Shown here piece after piece: positions 9,965 through 21,084 of a stretch of 64,000 nucleotides of DNA. The translations under genes were made by a program, and so were the position numbers. The notes under the pieces are model-generated. The model saw only the letters and a list, made by a program, of their open reading frames with translations, was not told the origin of the DNA and made no database searches. The first letter of the stretch is position 1. Each line of letters starts with the position of its first letter. The DNA comes from Spirochaetia bacterium (GTDB lineage: Bacteria; Spirochaetota; Spirochaetia; SZUA-6; Bin103), in the NCBI GenBank assembly GCA_965208575.1, contig CBDBOV010000003.1:256001-320000 (forward strand). Reading direction: 5' to 3'.

Positions 9965-11218
9965 ATGAACCATATAGCAAAGACCTGCGCGGTTGCGCTG
10001 GTCCTGGGCCTTGTGCTGACCGCAACCGGCCTGTGGGCCACCGGCGGCACGGAGGAGCCGGCAGCCGCCGCCGAGAAGGAAATGGTGCTCGATCCCACCA
10101 CCGGCGAAATGGTGGAGGCCCCACGATATGGCGGGACATTGACCTACGCCGAACGGGTCGAGCCGCCGGGTACCGACCCCTGGAACCAGGGCCACGGACC
10201 AAGGGGCGTCGATGGCGTTGCAGAGAAACTGGGCATCGCGAACTGGGGAATAGATAGGGATGAATTTGGCTTCGAAAGCAGGTACGTCCCGCTATTTGCC
10301 ATGAGACCGAATCTGGCGGAAAGCTGGGAAAAGCCCGACCCGCTGACTATTATCTTCAAAATCCGCCCGGGCGTTCGCTGGCACGATAAGGCACCGATGA
10401 ACGGTCGGGAGCTAACTGCCCAAGATGTCGAATACAACTTTCACCGCTATACGGGTCTGGGCAGCGGCTTCACCGAACCTAGCCCCTTCGACCCGATGAA
10501 GGCCGCGACATGGGAATCGATTACGGCCACCGACGATTCCACGGTTGTTTTTAAGTTAAAGGCGCCACGCAACGACGCGCTGGAGACTATCATCAGCGGC
10601 TGGTTTCTTTTGATAATGCCCCCCGAGGTAATCGAGCAACATGGTGACGTTCAGGACTGGAGGAACCTGGTAGGCACCGGGCCCTATATGCTGACGGACT
10701 GGGTCAAGGGCAGCTCGATGACCTATACCAAGAATCCGGACTACTGGGGCACCGACGAAAAATACCCAGAGAACCGGTTGCCCTATATTGACCAGTTAAG
10801 ACGGGTGATTATGCCCGAACAAGCAACATTTCTGGCGGCACTGCGCTCGGGTAAGCATGATATCATAGGTATACCCGGCGACACTCAGTTGGGGGATATC
10901 GGCCAGGTAGAGGCCCTCAAACGGACCAACCCCGAGATCAGGTTGTACCCGTGGTATCTAAGGTCGGGCACCTCTGTTACTTTCAACCTGCGCAGGGAGT
11001 CGCTCTTTAACGACATCCGGGTACGCCAGGCCATGCAGATGGCCATTGACCTGGAGACAATGTGGTACATATGGGGTCCTAAACCTCCCTCGTTCAATGC
11101 ATCCCAGCCATGGATCAAAGGCTATAACGGTGAAGTCGAACTGGGACTGTCTCGCTCAGTTGCCATGTTGGCCCGCATCTGGATTGATAGTGATCTGAAG
11201 CAAGAGATGGGAGGCTAG
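9965..11218 (+). pseudogene. ABC SBP family 5 with in-frame internal deletion (U3)
   Basis: About 417 aa versus about 600; jumps from MAIDLET to WYIWGP near 11060, lacking the DEAGYPRG region. Confidence 0.8.
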
Positions 11219-11319
11219 TAGCGCCCCGACTGACCTGCGTGCAAGGGGCTGGGATGTTGCGTTCGGAGCGCCGCTTCAGAGCGCGCTCCCAGCCCTCACT
11301 CATTGCATAAGGTGTCCCC

Positions 11320-12279
11320 GTGAGAGCCTATATCATCAGGCGCTTGTTGCTGGTCATCCCCACCCTGCTGCTCCTGAGCATCATCGTCTTTCTCACCGTG
11401 CGCTTCATCCCCGGCGACGTCATAGACGCCATGTTGAGTGAGATACAATGGGTGGGTGGCGGAGATATGGACCGTGCAACGCTCGAGCGTCGGCTGGGAT
11501 TGGACGTGCCGGTGTGGGTGCAGTATGGACGCTGGATCGGCGACATGTTCCGGCACGGCAGCCTGGGCCGATCACTGTGGCGCGATTGGACGGTAGAGGA
11601 GGAGATACTCTCCCGGTTGCCGGTCACCATCGAGCTTGGCCTCCTGGCCATCGTCATCGGGCTCGTGATCGCGCTGCCGGTGGGCATCTACTCGGCGATG
11701 CGCCAGGATACCGCCGCCGACTACCTGGGACGCTCGGTCGCCATCATCGGCCTGGCCACGCCGAACTTCTGGCTCGCCATCATGGTGTTGATCTATCCGA
11801 CCATCTGGTGGGGCTGGACCCCGCCGCTGGAATACGTTCCGTTCGCCGAACACCCGCTGGACAATCTCGCGGGGTTCTTGATCCCCAGCCTGATCCTGGG
11901 GACGGCCATGGCCGCCGCCACCATGCGGATGACGCGCACCATGACGCTGGAGGTGCTGCGGCAGGACTACATCCGCACCGCCTGGTCCAAGGGGATGGCG
12001 GAGCGGGTGGTGATTGTCCGGCACACCCTCAAGAATGCCCTCATCCCGGTGGTGACCCTGGTCGGCCTGCAGATGCCGATCCTGGTCGGAGGCGCGGTGA
12101 TCATGGAGAACATCTTCGCCCTGCCGGGACTCGGCCGTCTCATGCTCAATGCCCTGCAAAGCCGTGACTACCCGGTGGTGCAGGGAACCAACCTGTTCTT
12201 CGCCACCGGGGTGGTGCTGCTCAACCTTCTCATCGACCTGATCTATCCCTACCTGGACCCGAGGGTACGGTATGAGTAG
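11320..12279 (+). CDS. OppB-type permease (U3)
   Basis: Full-length paralogue. Confidence 0.93.
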   Translation: MRAYIIRRLLLVIPTLLLLSIIVFLTVRFIPGDVIDAMLSEIQWVGGGDMDRATLERRLGLDVPVWVQYGRWIGDMFRHGSLGRSLWRDWTVEEEILSRLPVTIELGLLAIVIGLVIALPVGIYSAMRQDTAADYLGRSVAIIGLATPNFWLAIMVLIYPTIWWGWTPPLEYVPFAEHPLDNLAGFLIPSLILGTAMAAATMRMTRTMTLEVLRQDYIRTAWSKGMAERVVIVRHTLKNALIPVVTLVGLQMPILVGGAVIMENIFALPGLGRLMLNALQSRDYPVVQGTNLFFATGVVLLNLLIDLIYPYLDPRVRYE

Positions 12280-12550
12280 GAACGGTCACTCCGTGCTCCG
12301 CAAGACCATGAACAGGGATGCGCAGACAGCACCCGCCGGTCAGCTTGTTCGGACCGGTGAATCCAGGCGGCGGGGCTGGCTGGCTGATTTCTTCACCAGG
12401 CTGTGGCAGGAGAAGCCCCTGGGCACCGCCTGCGGGATTCTCGTCGTGATCCTGGTTCTCGTCGCGATTCTTGCCGAGCGTCTACGCGCTCAACATGTTC
12501 GGCGACGCGGTGCGCGACCTGCTCGACCCACGCCTGCGAGGCGGCCAGGG
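12272..12550 (+). pseudogene. OppC with large internal deletion (U3)
   Basis: EKPLGTACG N-part joined near 12478, out of frame, to VYALNMFGDAVRDLLDPRLRGG. Confidence 0.85.
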
Positions 12551-12727
12551 AACCGCATGCGAGGCCTCCTGCGGCGTGGCGGTCACGCTGCTTCCGCATC
12601 GCCACGGGACTCGCGCGTTTGATCCCGGCAGCCCGAGCGCGACGGCACCCTGGCCGCTACCGAAGCGCGCGGACTGGCGTTCATCCCCTGGAGTCCCTGG
12701 AGCGCACCACCCCTGGCCGGAGGAGAG

Positions 12728-13069
12728 CTACGAGGTCGGACGCTCGACAATGAGGAGACTCTCGACAGCCGTGTCGAACTCCAATAGTCGATGCTCGTTC
12801 TCGGTGAGCAGTGCAACAAGCTCTCTCACCGTACAGTTCCCGACGCGCAGCCACACCACTTTGGGTGGTGCCCCGTGCAGGAAACTCAATTGTCGGAAGT
12901 CGCTGTCCTTGGAGACGATCGTGAAACCGTTCTGTCCCGCGTAATCGTAGATATGTGCATCGGGGGCATCGTCCAATCCAAGACCGATTACGTGTTCGGA
13001 ACCTGGAAACGTGACGGCCAACGTCTGAATGAGGCTTCGTGGGAGATTCTGGTCGAGAAGAAGCTTCAC
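12728..13069 (-). CDS. DUF5615 PIN-like toxin
   Basis: MKLLLDQNL, IVSKDSDF, PPKVVWLRVGN. Confidence 0.85.
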   Translation of the reverse strand: MKLLLDQNLPRSLIQTLAVTFPGSEHVIGLGLDDAPDAHIYDYAGQNGFTIVSKDSDFRQLSFLHGAPPKVVWLRVGNCTVRELVALLTENEHRLLEFDTAVESLLIVERPTS

Positions 13070-13293
13070 CCGTGACTGGAGGCCAACCTTCGTTCCCGGG
13101 CCGCGGCGAACTGTAGGACTGCCTGCACATCATCGCGGGTCAGCTCGGGGAACTCGCCGAGAAGCTCCTCCGTTGACATTCCTCCGGCCAAGTATTCGAG
13201 AACGTCGTAGACCGTGATGCGAGTCCCACGAATGCACGGCTTGCCCGAACGCCGGGCCGGATCAATGACTATGTGATCCAGGAAATCGTTCAT
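13066..13293 (-). CDS. DUF433 antitoxin
   Basis: GKPCIRGTRITV motif; 4-bp overlap with toxin. Confidence 0.88.
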   Translation of the reverse strand: MNDFLDHIVIDPARRSGKPCIRGTRITVYDVLEYLAGGMSTEELLGEFPELTRDDVQAVLQFAAARERRLASSHG

Positions 13294-13489
13294 GGCATCT
13301 CAGGATAGCCGAGTTGCCGATTGGTGAACACGGCCGCATTACGGCCGCATCGTGGGCCATTACGACGACTCGAGTCGAGCCGCCGCCCCGGACGGCAAAC
13401 CCGGCAGGTCGTTGCCGCGGCCTGCGAGCGGCGGTACGCCGGCGTCACGCGCTGGATCGAGGACATGCCGCTCGGTCGGGTGCTGGGGT

Positions 13490-13630
13490 GCGGTAACCAC
13501 TGTAGGTGCATCGTCCGGCGTCATCCTCACCACGGCGGCGCTGGCCCGGCTCAGGGTCAAGAAGGGCGACACGCTCTACCTGATCGGCGGCGCCGGCCGC
13601 CTGGGCGCGCAAGACACCCGGTCCGTTTGA
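13490..13630 (+). pseudogene. AbrB/MazE antitoxin fragment fused to an oppC tail
   Basis: VTTVGASSGVIL..LARLRVKKGDTLYL joined at 13580 to LIGGAGRLGAQDTRSV*, matching 49731-49781. Confidence 0.75.
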
Positions 13631-13737
13631 TCTCGTTGTTCCGGGACGAGGAGCATTGGCTTCGGCGAGGTAGACCATTTCGATGGTGTGCGATTGTCAC
13701 CCTTGCAAGCGTCGCATGAGCGCTGTATATTCGTCAT

Positions 13738-14229
13738 ATGGCGCGCGCATCCTCTAAACGGTCCGCGATTCTGCAAGCATATGCTGACCCGGCCGAGATG
13801 CCGGCGAGCGAAGCCACGCGCGTCGCGATGCTCCTGGCTATCGACGAGCCGGACATACGGAGTGACGTACAGCTCGCGCGGCTGGTCGCCGGCGGTTTGC
13901 TTCCGGCATCGGCCGTCGCCCTGGCCGAGGTGCTTGGGCAGCATCGGGTGGTTGGACCGGTAGTCCCCGAAGCAACGCTCCGGCGAGTGCGCAGAGGCAG
14001 GAAAGTGCTGTCCAGACAGCATAGCGAACGACTCTATGAACTGGGACGCGTCGTCGATGCAGTCAGCCGCGCGTACCACGGAGACCGGGACGCAATCGAA
14101 GCGTTCCTGAGCCGTCCACACCCATTGCTCGAAGGCGAGACGCCGTTCGACATGGTGCGCTCCAGCTCGGCAGGTGTGGAAGCGGTCCTGAATCTCATTC
14201 GTCGGGCGGAGGCCGGCGTGGCTGTTTGA
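13738..14229 (+). CDS. Xre/MbcA/ParS-type antitoxin
   Basis: SERL, FLSRPHPLLEGETP, EAGVAV C-terminus. Confidence 0.85.
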   Translation: MARASSKRSAILQAYADPAEMPASEATRVAMLLAIDEPDIRSDVQLARLVAGGLLPASAVALAEVLGQHRVVGPVVPEATLRRVRRGRKVLSRQHSERLYELGRVVDAVSRAYHGDRDAIEAFLSRPHPLLEGETPFDMVRSSSAGVEAVLNLIRRAEAGVAV

Positions 14230-14717
14230 CGAAACCGCGAACGCTCCCGCGGACGATGCGTGCCTTTCGGATCGGCGATCCTGCTGGCCGGTTGCCGGTG
14301 TGGAGCACGGCAGGCGCCAGACGCGTGTCCGGCCGGTGGCACGAGGCCGGCGCCGAAGTAATCTACGCCTCCGAATCCTATTCGACAGCCATGTTGGAGA
14401 CGCTCGCCCATTGGAACGGAGCGCCGCCGCCGAACCAGCACTACGTCGAGATCACGATACCTACGGGCACCAGCTATGAGGTGGTAACGGCCGATCTCGT
14501 TCGCGATTGGTCCCATCCGGACGGAGAGGCGGCCCGCCGCTTCGGTCGCGCGTGGTATGCCGACATCCGAAGTACACTCCTGATCGTCCCGTCGGTCGTG
14601 GCACGTATGGAGCGCAACATGGTCATCAACACGCGGCATGCAGATTTCGATCGCTTGACGGTCGGTCTGGAAACCCCCGTCTGGTGGGACAAGCGCCTCT
14701 TTCGCGACTCCGACTGA
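14226..14717 (+). CDS. RES-domain toxin
   Basis: GARRVSGRW, IYASES, LIVPSVV..ERN.VIN..H. Confidence 0.88.
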   Translation: MTKPRTLPRTMRAFRIGDPAGRLPVWSTAGARRVSGRWHEAGAEVIYASESYSTAMLETLAHWNGAPPPNQHYVEITIPTGTSYEVVTADLVRDWSHPDGEAARRFGRAWYADIRSTLLIVPSVVARMERNMVINTRHADFDRLTVGLETPVWWDKRLFRDSD

Positions 14718-14825
14718 CCGCGTAGCTGCCGGACGAGCTCCTCTTGGACTGGTTGCGGGGTTGCGGTGGGCCGAGCTGGAGGGAGCCTCGGAACACCTGG
14801 TCGATAATGCGAAGGAAGGAACCAG

Positions 14826-15755
14826 TTGAAGTTGCGGAAGTTGCCGGAAGCCGAGCAAGCGAGACGTCACTGGCTGGTCGATCTTTCGGTCAGACTCATC
14901 AAGACCAAGGCGCTCGGAACCGGATGCGGGATCATCGTGCTGGCCCTGATCCTGGTGAGCATTTTCGCGGATGTTCTGGCTCCCTATCCGTACGATGAGA
15001 TTCGACTGCAGGAGATACTGCAGCCGCCATCGGCACAGCACCTGCTGGGCACCGATCACGTGGGACGCGACTACCTGAGCCGCATCATCCAGGGGGCTCG
15101 GGTCTCGATGCTGGTCGGCCTGGCCGCGACCACCATCAATGTGGTGGTCGCCATCCTGGTGGGTGGCACCACCGGCTTCCTGGGTGGCAAGTTGGATCTG
15201 GTGGTCCAGAGATTCGTGGATGCGTGGATCGCCTTCCGGGCCTGCTCCTGCTGCTCACCCTCATGTCGGTCGCGGGTCGCGGGGTGCTGCAGATGATACT
15301 GGTCCTCGGAATCTCGGGCGGCATCGGGAGCGGCTCACGGGTCGTCAGAAGTGCTGTTATCGGGATCAAGGAGAACGTCTATTTCGAGGCGGGGGAGGCG
15401 ATCGGGGCCTCGAAGTGGCGTGCGCTCACCCGCCACGTCTTACCCAACATCGCGCCGCCCATCATCATCATCTTCAGCATCAGCATCGGCGGCTACATCC
15501 TGAGCGCGGCATCACTGAGCTTCCTCGGCTTCGGCCTGCCGCCCGACATCCCCGACTGGGGCGGGATGCTGAGCCGCGAGGGGCGCCAGTACATGGAGGC
15601 GGACCCGCGGCTGGCGCTCTGGCCGGGCCTGAGCCTGACGCTGGTCGTATACAGCTTGAACATGTTCGGCGACGCGCTGCGCGACCTGCTCGACCCGCGG
15701 CTCAGGGGCGGTGGTGGTGATCTCGGCGCCGGAGCCGCCGGGTCCTGTTCGATAG
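14826..15755 (+). pseudogene. Orphan oppC with 1-bp frameshift (U4)
   Basis: GCCTTCCGGGCC near 15235 lacks one C relative to AFPG in paralogues; no SBP or oppB upstream. Confidence 0.85.
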
Positions 15756-15795
15756 AGCCGGTGGTACGGTCGCTTCGACCGTGTTACAGTGTGTC

Positions 15796-16200
15796 ATGGC
15801 CGCGCGCTACCGGGACTGGCTTCGGCAGGCGGACGCTGATCTCCGGCACGCTCGCCAGTCGTGCGACCATGGCGCGCACGAGTGGGCCTGTTTTGCCGCC
15901 CAGCAGGCGGCCGAAAAGGCACTCAAGGCGGTCATCCTGAGCCGAGGAGCGGATGCCTGGGGTCATACGGTTACCGCTCTGCTCGGTGTGGTGGCGACCG
16001 CGGCGCAGGCCGGGGAGGACCTGATTACGTGCGCCAAGAGCCTCGACAAGCACTACATCCCCACCCGCTACCCGAACGGCTTCGACACCGGCGCGCCGGT
16101 CGACTTCTACACGAAGAAGGACTCTGACGATGCCATCCTCTGTGCCGAGCGGCTCACCAGCTTCGCTCGTGGTCAAGTCGAACAACCAGAGGACCGTTGA
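15796..16200 (+). CDS. HEPN domain protein
   Basis: WACFAAQQAAEKALKA, GHTV, YIPTRYP. Confidence 0.88.
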   Translation: MAARYRDWLRQADADLRHARQSCDHGAHEWACFAAQQAAEKALKAVILSRGADAWGHTVTALLGVVATAAQAGEDLITCAKSLDKHYIPTRYPNGFDTGAPVDFYTKKDSDDAILCAERLTSFARGQVEQPEDR

Positions 16201-16504
16201 AGCCGCGCTTCGATGCTGGGCCGGTCACGTCGGCGAGAGCCGACCGGAGGTGCGCAGGATCATCTGGTTCGGCTCACGGGTGAACGGCACTCCTGCGCCA
16301 AGCAGCGACGTCGACGTGTGCGTAGTGCTTGCGGGATCGAGCCGGCCCGTTCGGGACCGCGTCGGGGACTACCTTCCGTTCGGATTCCCGGTCGGAATCG
16401 ACCTGTTTCCCTACACCGAGGCGGAACTGGAGCGGCTCAAGAGCGAACACCCCTCGTGGTACGCCGCGATCACGTCCGGAATCGATCTCCCGATACGCCC
16501 GTAG
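16130..16504 (+). CDS. Minimal nucleotidyltransferase (MNT)
   Basis: FGS...SDVDV motif; start uncertain. Confidence 0.82.
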   Translation: MPSSVPSGSPASLVVKSNNQRTVEAALRCWAGHVGESRPEVRRIIWFGSRVNGTPAPSSDVDVCVVLAGSSRPVRDRVGDYLPFGFPVGIDLFPYTEAELERLKSEHPSWYAAITSGIDLPIRP

Positions 16505-16524
16505 GGATCTGGGCCTGCGCCACG

Positions 16525-16612
16525 CGGATTGATGCCGTGCAGGCGTCGCCGGAACTCGGTCTTCACCTGCCCCAGCTTGGCCTGCAACCGCACACGCATC
16601 GTGCACGCGCTG
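16525..16612 (-). pseudogene. Possible group II intron maturase fragment
   Basis: TMRVRLQAKLGQVKTEFRRRLHG resembles a recalled maturase X-domain segment. Confidence 0.45.
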
Positions 16613-16636
16613 GCTACTTGTTGCTCGATGGCTCTT

Positions 16637-17569
16637 TCAAACCGACCTGGCGGCATCGGCACCCAGGCGCCCCGCACCACCCCGGAGCCGCGGGTCGAGC
16701 AGATCCCGCACGGCATCGCCGAACATGTTCAGGCTGTAAACGACAATAGTCAGGCAAACACCAGGCCAGATCGCCAGCCAGGGGGCCACCTCCATGTACC
16801 TGCGCCCTTCCCGGCTGAGCATACCTCCCCAGCTGGGAATGTTCGGTGGCAGACCGAATCCGAGGAAGCTCAGAGAGGCCTCGGACATGATCACCCCCCC
16901 GATGTTGATGCTGAAGATGACGATGACGGGCGCCACAATATTGGGCAGGACATGCCGTAACAGGATTTGGGTCGTGGGGGTGCCCACGGCCTTGGCTGCC
17001 AGAAAATAGTCATTCTCTTTGATGTCGATAACGGCGCCTCGGAGTACTCTCGAGCCGCCGATGCCTCCTGCTATCCCCAACACCAGGATGATCTGGGGCA
17101 GACCCCGCCCCGCGATGGACATGATGGTCAATAACAGAAGCAGGCCCGGAAAAGCCATCCAGGCATCGACAAATCTTTGCACACCCAGGTCCAGTTTACC
17201 ACCAAAGAATCCTGAAGTGCCACCTATCAGGACAGCCACCGCAACATTGAGAGTGGTCGCGGCCAGACCGACAGTCAACGAAAGACGAGCCCCGTAGACA
17301 AGGCGGCTCAGGAGGTCTCGCCCCAATTGGTCGGTACCCAGCAGATACCGGGCTGATGAGCCCTGCAGCCTGTCCACCGGGTGTATTTCCATATGGCGAT
17401 AAGGAGCCAGAACATCGGCAAAGATAGCGACAAAAACCAATATCAATATGATAATCCCGCCGGCAGTACCCAGTGGCTTCTCCCTCCACAGCCTGCTCAA
17501 GAAATCAACCAGCCGGGAACCTCTCGTCGGCGCAGTTTCTGCTGACGGTCTGTTTATGGCGTCGCTCAT
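16637..17569 (-). CDS. OppC-type permease (U5)
   Basis: Full-length paralogue. Confidence 0.93.
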   Translation of the reverse strand: MSDAINRPSAETAPTRGSRLVDFLSRLWREKPLGTAGGIIILILVFVAIFADVLAPYRHMEIHPVDRLQGSSARYLLGTDQLGRDLLSRLVYGARLSLTVGLAATTLNVAVAVLIGGTSGFFGGKLDLGVQRFVDAWMAFPGLLLLLTIMSIAGRGLPQIILVLGIAGGIGGSRVLRGAVIDIKENDYFLAAKAVGTPTTQILLRHVLPNIVAPVIVIFSINIGGVIMSEASLSFLGFGLPPNIPSWGGMLSREGRRYMEVAPWLAIWPGVCLTIVVYSLNMFGDAVRDLLDPRLRGGAGRLGADAARSV

Positions 17570-17578
17570 GTGCCCCCT

Positions 17579-18535
17579 TTAGCTGTAGCGGACCCTGGGG
17601 TCCAAGTACGGATAAATCAGGTCGATCATCAGATTGGCCCCCAAAACCGCGGTGGCGAAAACCAGGTTTACTCCGGAGACCACCGGGTAGTCTCTTTGAG
17701 TGAGTGCCTTCACCATGAGACGACCTAACCCCGGCAGGTTGAATATGTTCTCCATGATAACGGAGCCGCCTACCAGGATAGGCAACTGCAGGCCGATCAG
17801 GGTAACTATCGGGATGAGGGCATTCTTGATGGCGTGTCTCAGAACGACGACCCTCTCATTGAGACCCTTGGACCAAGCCGTCCTGATATAGTCTTGCCTG
17901 AGCACCTCCAGCATCATGGTGCGCGTCATCCGCATGGTGGCTGCCGACAGGGCCGTCCCCAGAATCACAGCAGGAATGATGAACATCCCGAGATTCCCCA
18001 GCGGGTCTTCGGTGAAGCGAATCAGCTCTACCGATGGCGACCAGCCCCACCAGATTGCCGGGTAGAGAATGACCATGGTTGCCAGCCAGAAGTTGGGCGT
18101 TGCCAGGCCGATGATGGCGATGGTGCGCCCCACGTAGTCGGCGGCCGTATCCTGGCGAATCGCCGAGTAGATGCCGACCGGTAGGGCTATCAACAGCCCT
18201 ATTACGATTGACAGAACACCCAGCTCGATGGTTACTGGCAATCTACCGAGAATCTTCTCTTCTACCGCCGCAACGCCCCACAGTGATCGGCCCAGGGTGC
18301 CGTGCAGGAAAATATCCCCCATCCAGCGTCCATACTGTACGTGGACAGGCACGTCCAACCCCAGCATACGCCGAAGAGCTTCCTCGTCCACTACTTTCCC
18401 TTGCCCAAAGCTCGCATCCGCAAAAAAGTCTACTACATCGCCGGGGATGAAGCGGACAGAGAGAAAGACCAGGATGGTCAGTATGAACAGGGTGGGGATT
18501 GTCAGCAACAACCGCCTGATGGTATAGGCTCTCAT
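17579..18535 (-). CDS. OppB-type permease (U5)
   Basis: Full-length paralogue. Confidence 0.93.
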   Translation of the reverse strand: MRAYTIRRLLLTIPTLFILTILVFLSVRFIPGDVVDFFADASFGQGKVVDEEALRRMLGLDVPVHVQYGRWMGDIFLHGTLGRSLWGVAAVEEKILGRLPVTIELGVLSIVIGLLIALPVGIYSAIRQDTAADYVGRTIAIIGLATPNFWLATMVILYPAIWWGWSPSVELIRFTEDPLGNLGMFIIPAVILGTALSAATMRMTRTMMLEVLRQDYIRTAWSKGLNERVVVLRHAIKNALIPIVTLIGLQLPILVGGSVIMENIFNLPGLGRLMVKALTQRDYPVVSGVNLVFATAVLGANLMIDLIYPYLDPRVRYS

Positions 18536-19439
18536 GTCACAGCTTGTTGAGCGTCCGCAGCAAAACCCGGCGCACGGGCATCAAAAAACAACGTCTACTC
18601 CCCTTTCTCGGAGCTTGGAGATATGGACTTCCTTCGATGTCTCGCTCAAGGGGTTGCCGGACAAACTGACAGTGTCCCCCTCAGAGAGCCCGCGGTTCTC
18701 GACCAGTGGTGAGATGTCGACTATCTGGTTGAACATGAGGTCGAGCTGAGTGAGATTAGTCAGGGAAGCTAGCGGCGAGAGGTCACTTATCTGATTCTGC
18801 TCAAGGCTGAGCGAGGTGATGCTGGTGAGGGAAGCTAGCGGTGAGACGTCGCTTATCTGGTTCTGCTCGAGACTAAGCGCGGTTAAGTTGGTCAGCGGAG
18901 CCAGTACGGAAGCCAGTAGTGAGAGGTCGCTTAGCTCGTTCCCCGTAAGGTCGAGCTGGGTGAGATTAGTCAGGGAAGCTAGCGGTGTAATGTCGCTTAT
19001 CTGGTTCAATGCAAGGTCGAGCTCAGTGAGGTTAGTCAGAGAAGCCAGTGGTGATATGTCGCTTATCCGGTTCTTCCTAAGGCCGAGATTGGTGAGATTA
19101 GTCAGGGTAGCTAGTGGCGAGATGTCGCTTATCCGGTTGTCGTAAAGGCTGAGCGAGGTGAAGTTGGCGAGCGAAGCCAGTGGTGAGAGGTCGCTTATCT
19201 GTCCATAGTGGAAAACCAGCTCGGTAAGGTTGGTCAAATACTCCAATCCGGCGAGGTCGGTGATCTTGACTCTCGCATATCCCCTGCCTGATTCACGAAG
19301 CGAGGTGATGGTTTCCAGCTCCGAAACATGGATCGGACCTTGATGCTTCTGGATAGCTGCTCTTATGACTCTCTCAAGAGCTATCCCACCGGCCCCTGGG
19401 CCGGCGCAGTCATGAAAGAAACAAGGGTGAGCTATAGTG

Positions 19440-19645
19440 TGGGCAGAGTTCTGGGTGGAGCGCGAAAGTAGGCCGGCGCGTCACTGGCGTTACGTTCTGC
19501 GAACCCGTTCAAGAGCTTGGCCCCGGGGCGGGTGGCGTAGTCATTGGTGAGGTTGTCAGCCGGCGCGGCCGGGTGGCGATCATCCCGTTCAGGAGAATAC
19601 CTGCTACACACGCCTTGGCCGCACCACTCAGTCGTAGCGGAGGTT
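19440..19645 (+). ncRNA. Putative IS110 bridge RNA
   Basis: Non-coding left end holds TCAAGAGC (matches target) and TCAGGAG (matches donor end); boundaries approximate. Confidence 0.6.
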
Positions 19646-19647
19646 TC

Positions 19648-21036
19648 ATGGCACGACGCAGACACAGACGCAAGGGCAAGGGCAGTCGCACAGCGCAACC
19701 AAAGGTGATGCACCCGGACGCTGCCGGCTTGGACATAGGCGCTACCGAGGTGTACGCGGCTGTGCGCCCGGAGCGCGACCCGGACCCGATCCGGAACTTT
19801 GCTACGTTCACCGCGGACCTGCACGCCTTGGCCGACTGGCTCAAGGAATGCGAGGTCACCACGGTGGCGATGGAGTCCACCGGTGTGTACTGGATTCCGG
19901 TGTATCAGATCCTGGAGGCACACGGCTTCGACGTGGTGCTGGTGAATGCGCGTCACGTGCACTCGGTACCCGGTCGGAAGTCCGACGTGGCCGACTGCGA
20001 GTGGTTGCGCTACCTGCACTCGGTGGGATTGCTGCGCGGCTCATTCCGCCCTGCCGACGAGGTGTGTGCACTGCGCTCGGTGCTGCGCCATCGCGACACC
20101 TTGATCAAGATGGCGTCGCGCAGCGTGTTGCACATGCAGAAGGCGTACAGCCAGATGAACGTGCATCTGCACCATGCCATCTCTGACCTGACGGGGACGA
20201 CCGGTCTGGCCATTACGGACGCTATCCTGGCGGGTGAGCGGGATCCGGCGCGGTTGGCCGCTCTGGCCGACCGGCGGATCAAAGCCAGCCGCGAGACCTT
20301 GATCAAGGCGCTGCAGGGCGACTGGCGCGCCGAGCACCTGTTGGCGTTGCGGCACGCGCGAGCGACCTATGCCCACTACCAACAACTCATCACGGAGTGC
20401 GATCAGGAAATCGAAGCCGGCATCCGCGCGTTCGAAGCCAGCAGCGAGCCACCCGGCGCGGTGGGCGACGACCCACCGGATGAGGGAATCGATGCGGAGC
20501 CCGAGGCGCCAACCGAGTCACCGGCCAAGCGGTTCGACCTGCGCGGCCACCTTACGCACCTGTTCGGCACTGACCTGACGCTGATTCCCGGCATCGGCGA
20601 AAGTACGGCGCTGGTTCTGTTCACCGAACTCGGCCCGGAACTGTCCCGCTTTCCGACCGCACCGCAATTCGCCTCCTGGCTGCACCTGTGCCCCCACAAC
20701 CAGATCACCGGCGGCAAGATCATCAGCTCGCACACCGGTCGGGGCACCAATCGGGCCGCCCAGGCGCTGCACTGGGCGACCCAGTCGTTGTACCGCAGCC
20801 CATCGGCCCTGGGCCAGCACTTCCGCCGCATGCGGGCGCGTCTGGGTACTCCCGAAGCGACCACTGCAGTCGCGCATAAACTGGCTCGGATCATCTACCA
20901 TCTGATCACGCATCGCGTGGCCTACGATGACAGCATCCTCGCCGCCGAGGAGCGCCAGGACCGGCGCCGCTTTGAACGCCGGCTCCGAAGGCAGGCACAC
21001 GCACTCGGTTATGAGCTTGTCCCGGAGGCCGCCTGA
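19648..21036 (+). CDS. IS110 recombinase/transposase
   Basis: GLDIG, MESTGVYW, RKSDVAD, IPGIG; GGAGG RBS before ATG 19648. Confidence 0.92.
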   Translation: MARRRHRRKGKGSRTAQPKVMHPDAAGLDIGATEVYAAVRPERDPDPIRNFATFTADLHALADWLKECEVTTVAMESTGVYWIPVYQILEAHGFDVVLVNARHVHSVPGRKSDVADCEWLRYLHSVGLLRGSFRPADEVCALRSVLRHRDTLIKMASRSVLHMQKAYSQMNVHLHHAISDLTGTTGLAITDAILAGERDPARLAALADRRIKASRETLIKALQGDWRAEHLLALRHARATYAHYQQLITECDQEIEAGIRAFEASSEPPGAVGDDPPDEGIDAEPEAPTESPAKRFDLRGHLTHLFGTDLTLIPGIGESTALVLFTELGPELSRFPTAPQFASWLHLCPHNQITGGKIISSHTGRGTNRAAQALHWATQSLYRSPSALGQHFRRMRARLGTPEATTAVAHKLARIIYHLITHRVAYDDSILAAEERQDRRRFERRLRRQAHALGYELVPEAA

Positions 21037-21084
21037 TTGTTGTTTCTCAGGAGCCTCGTCGGGGATGGTGACCCCTTCGCCCAC

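Larger units (their letters stand above)
19381..21053 (+). mobile_element. IS110-family element
   Basis: Interrupts LRR gene; GAGC shared at both junctions; no terminal IRs. Confidence 0.88.
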
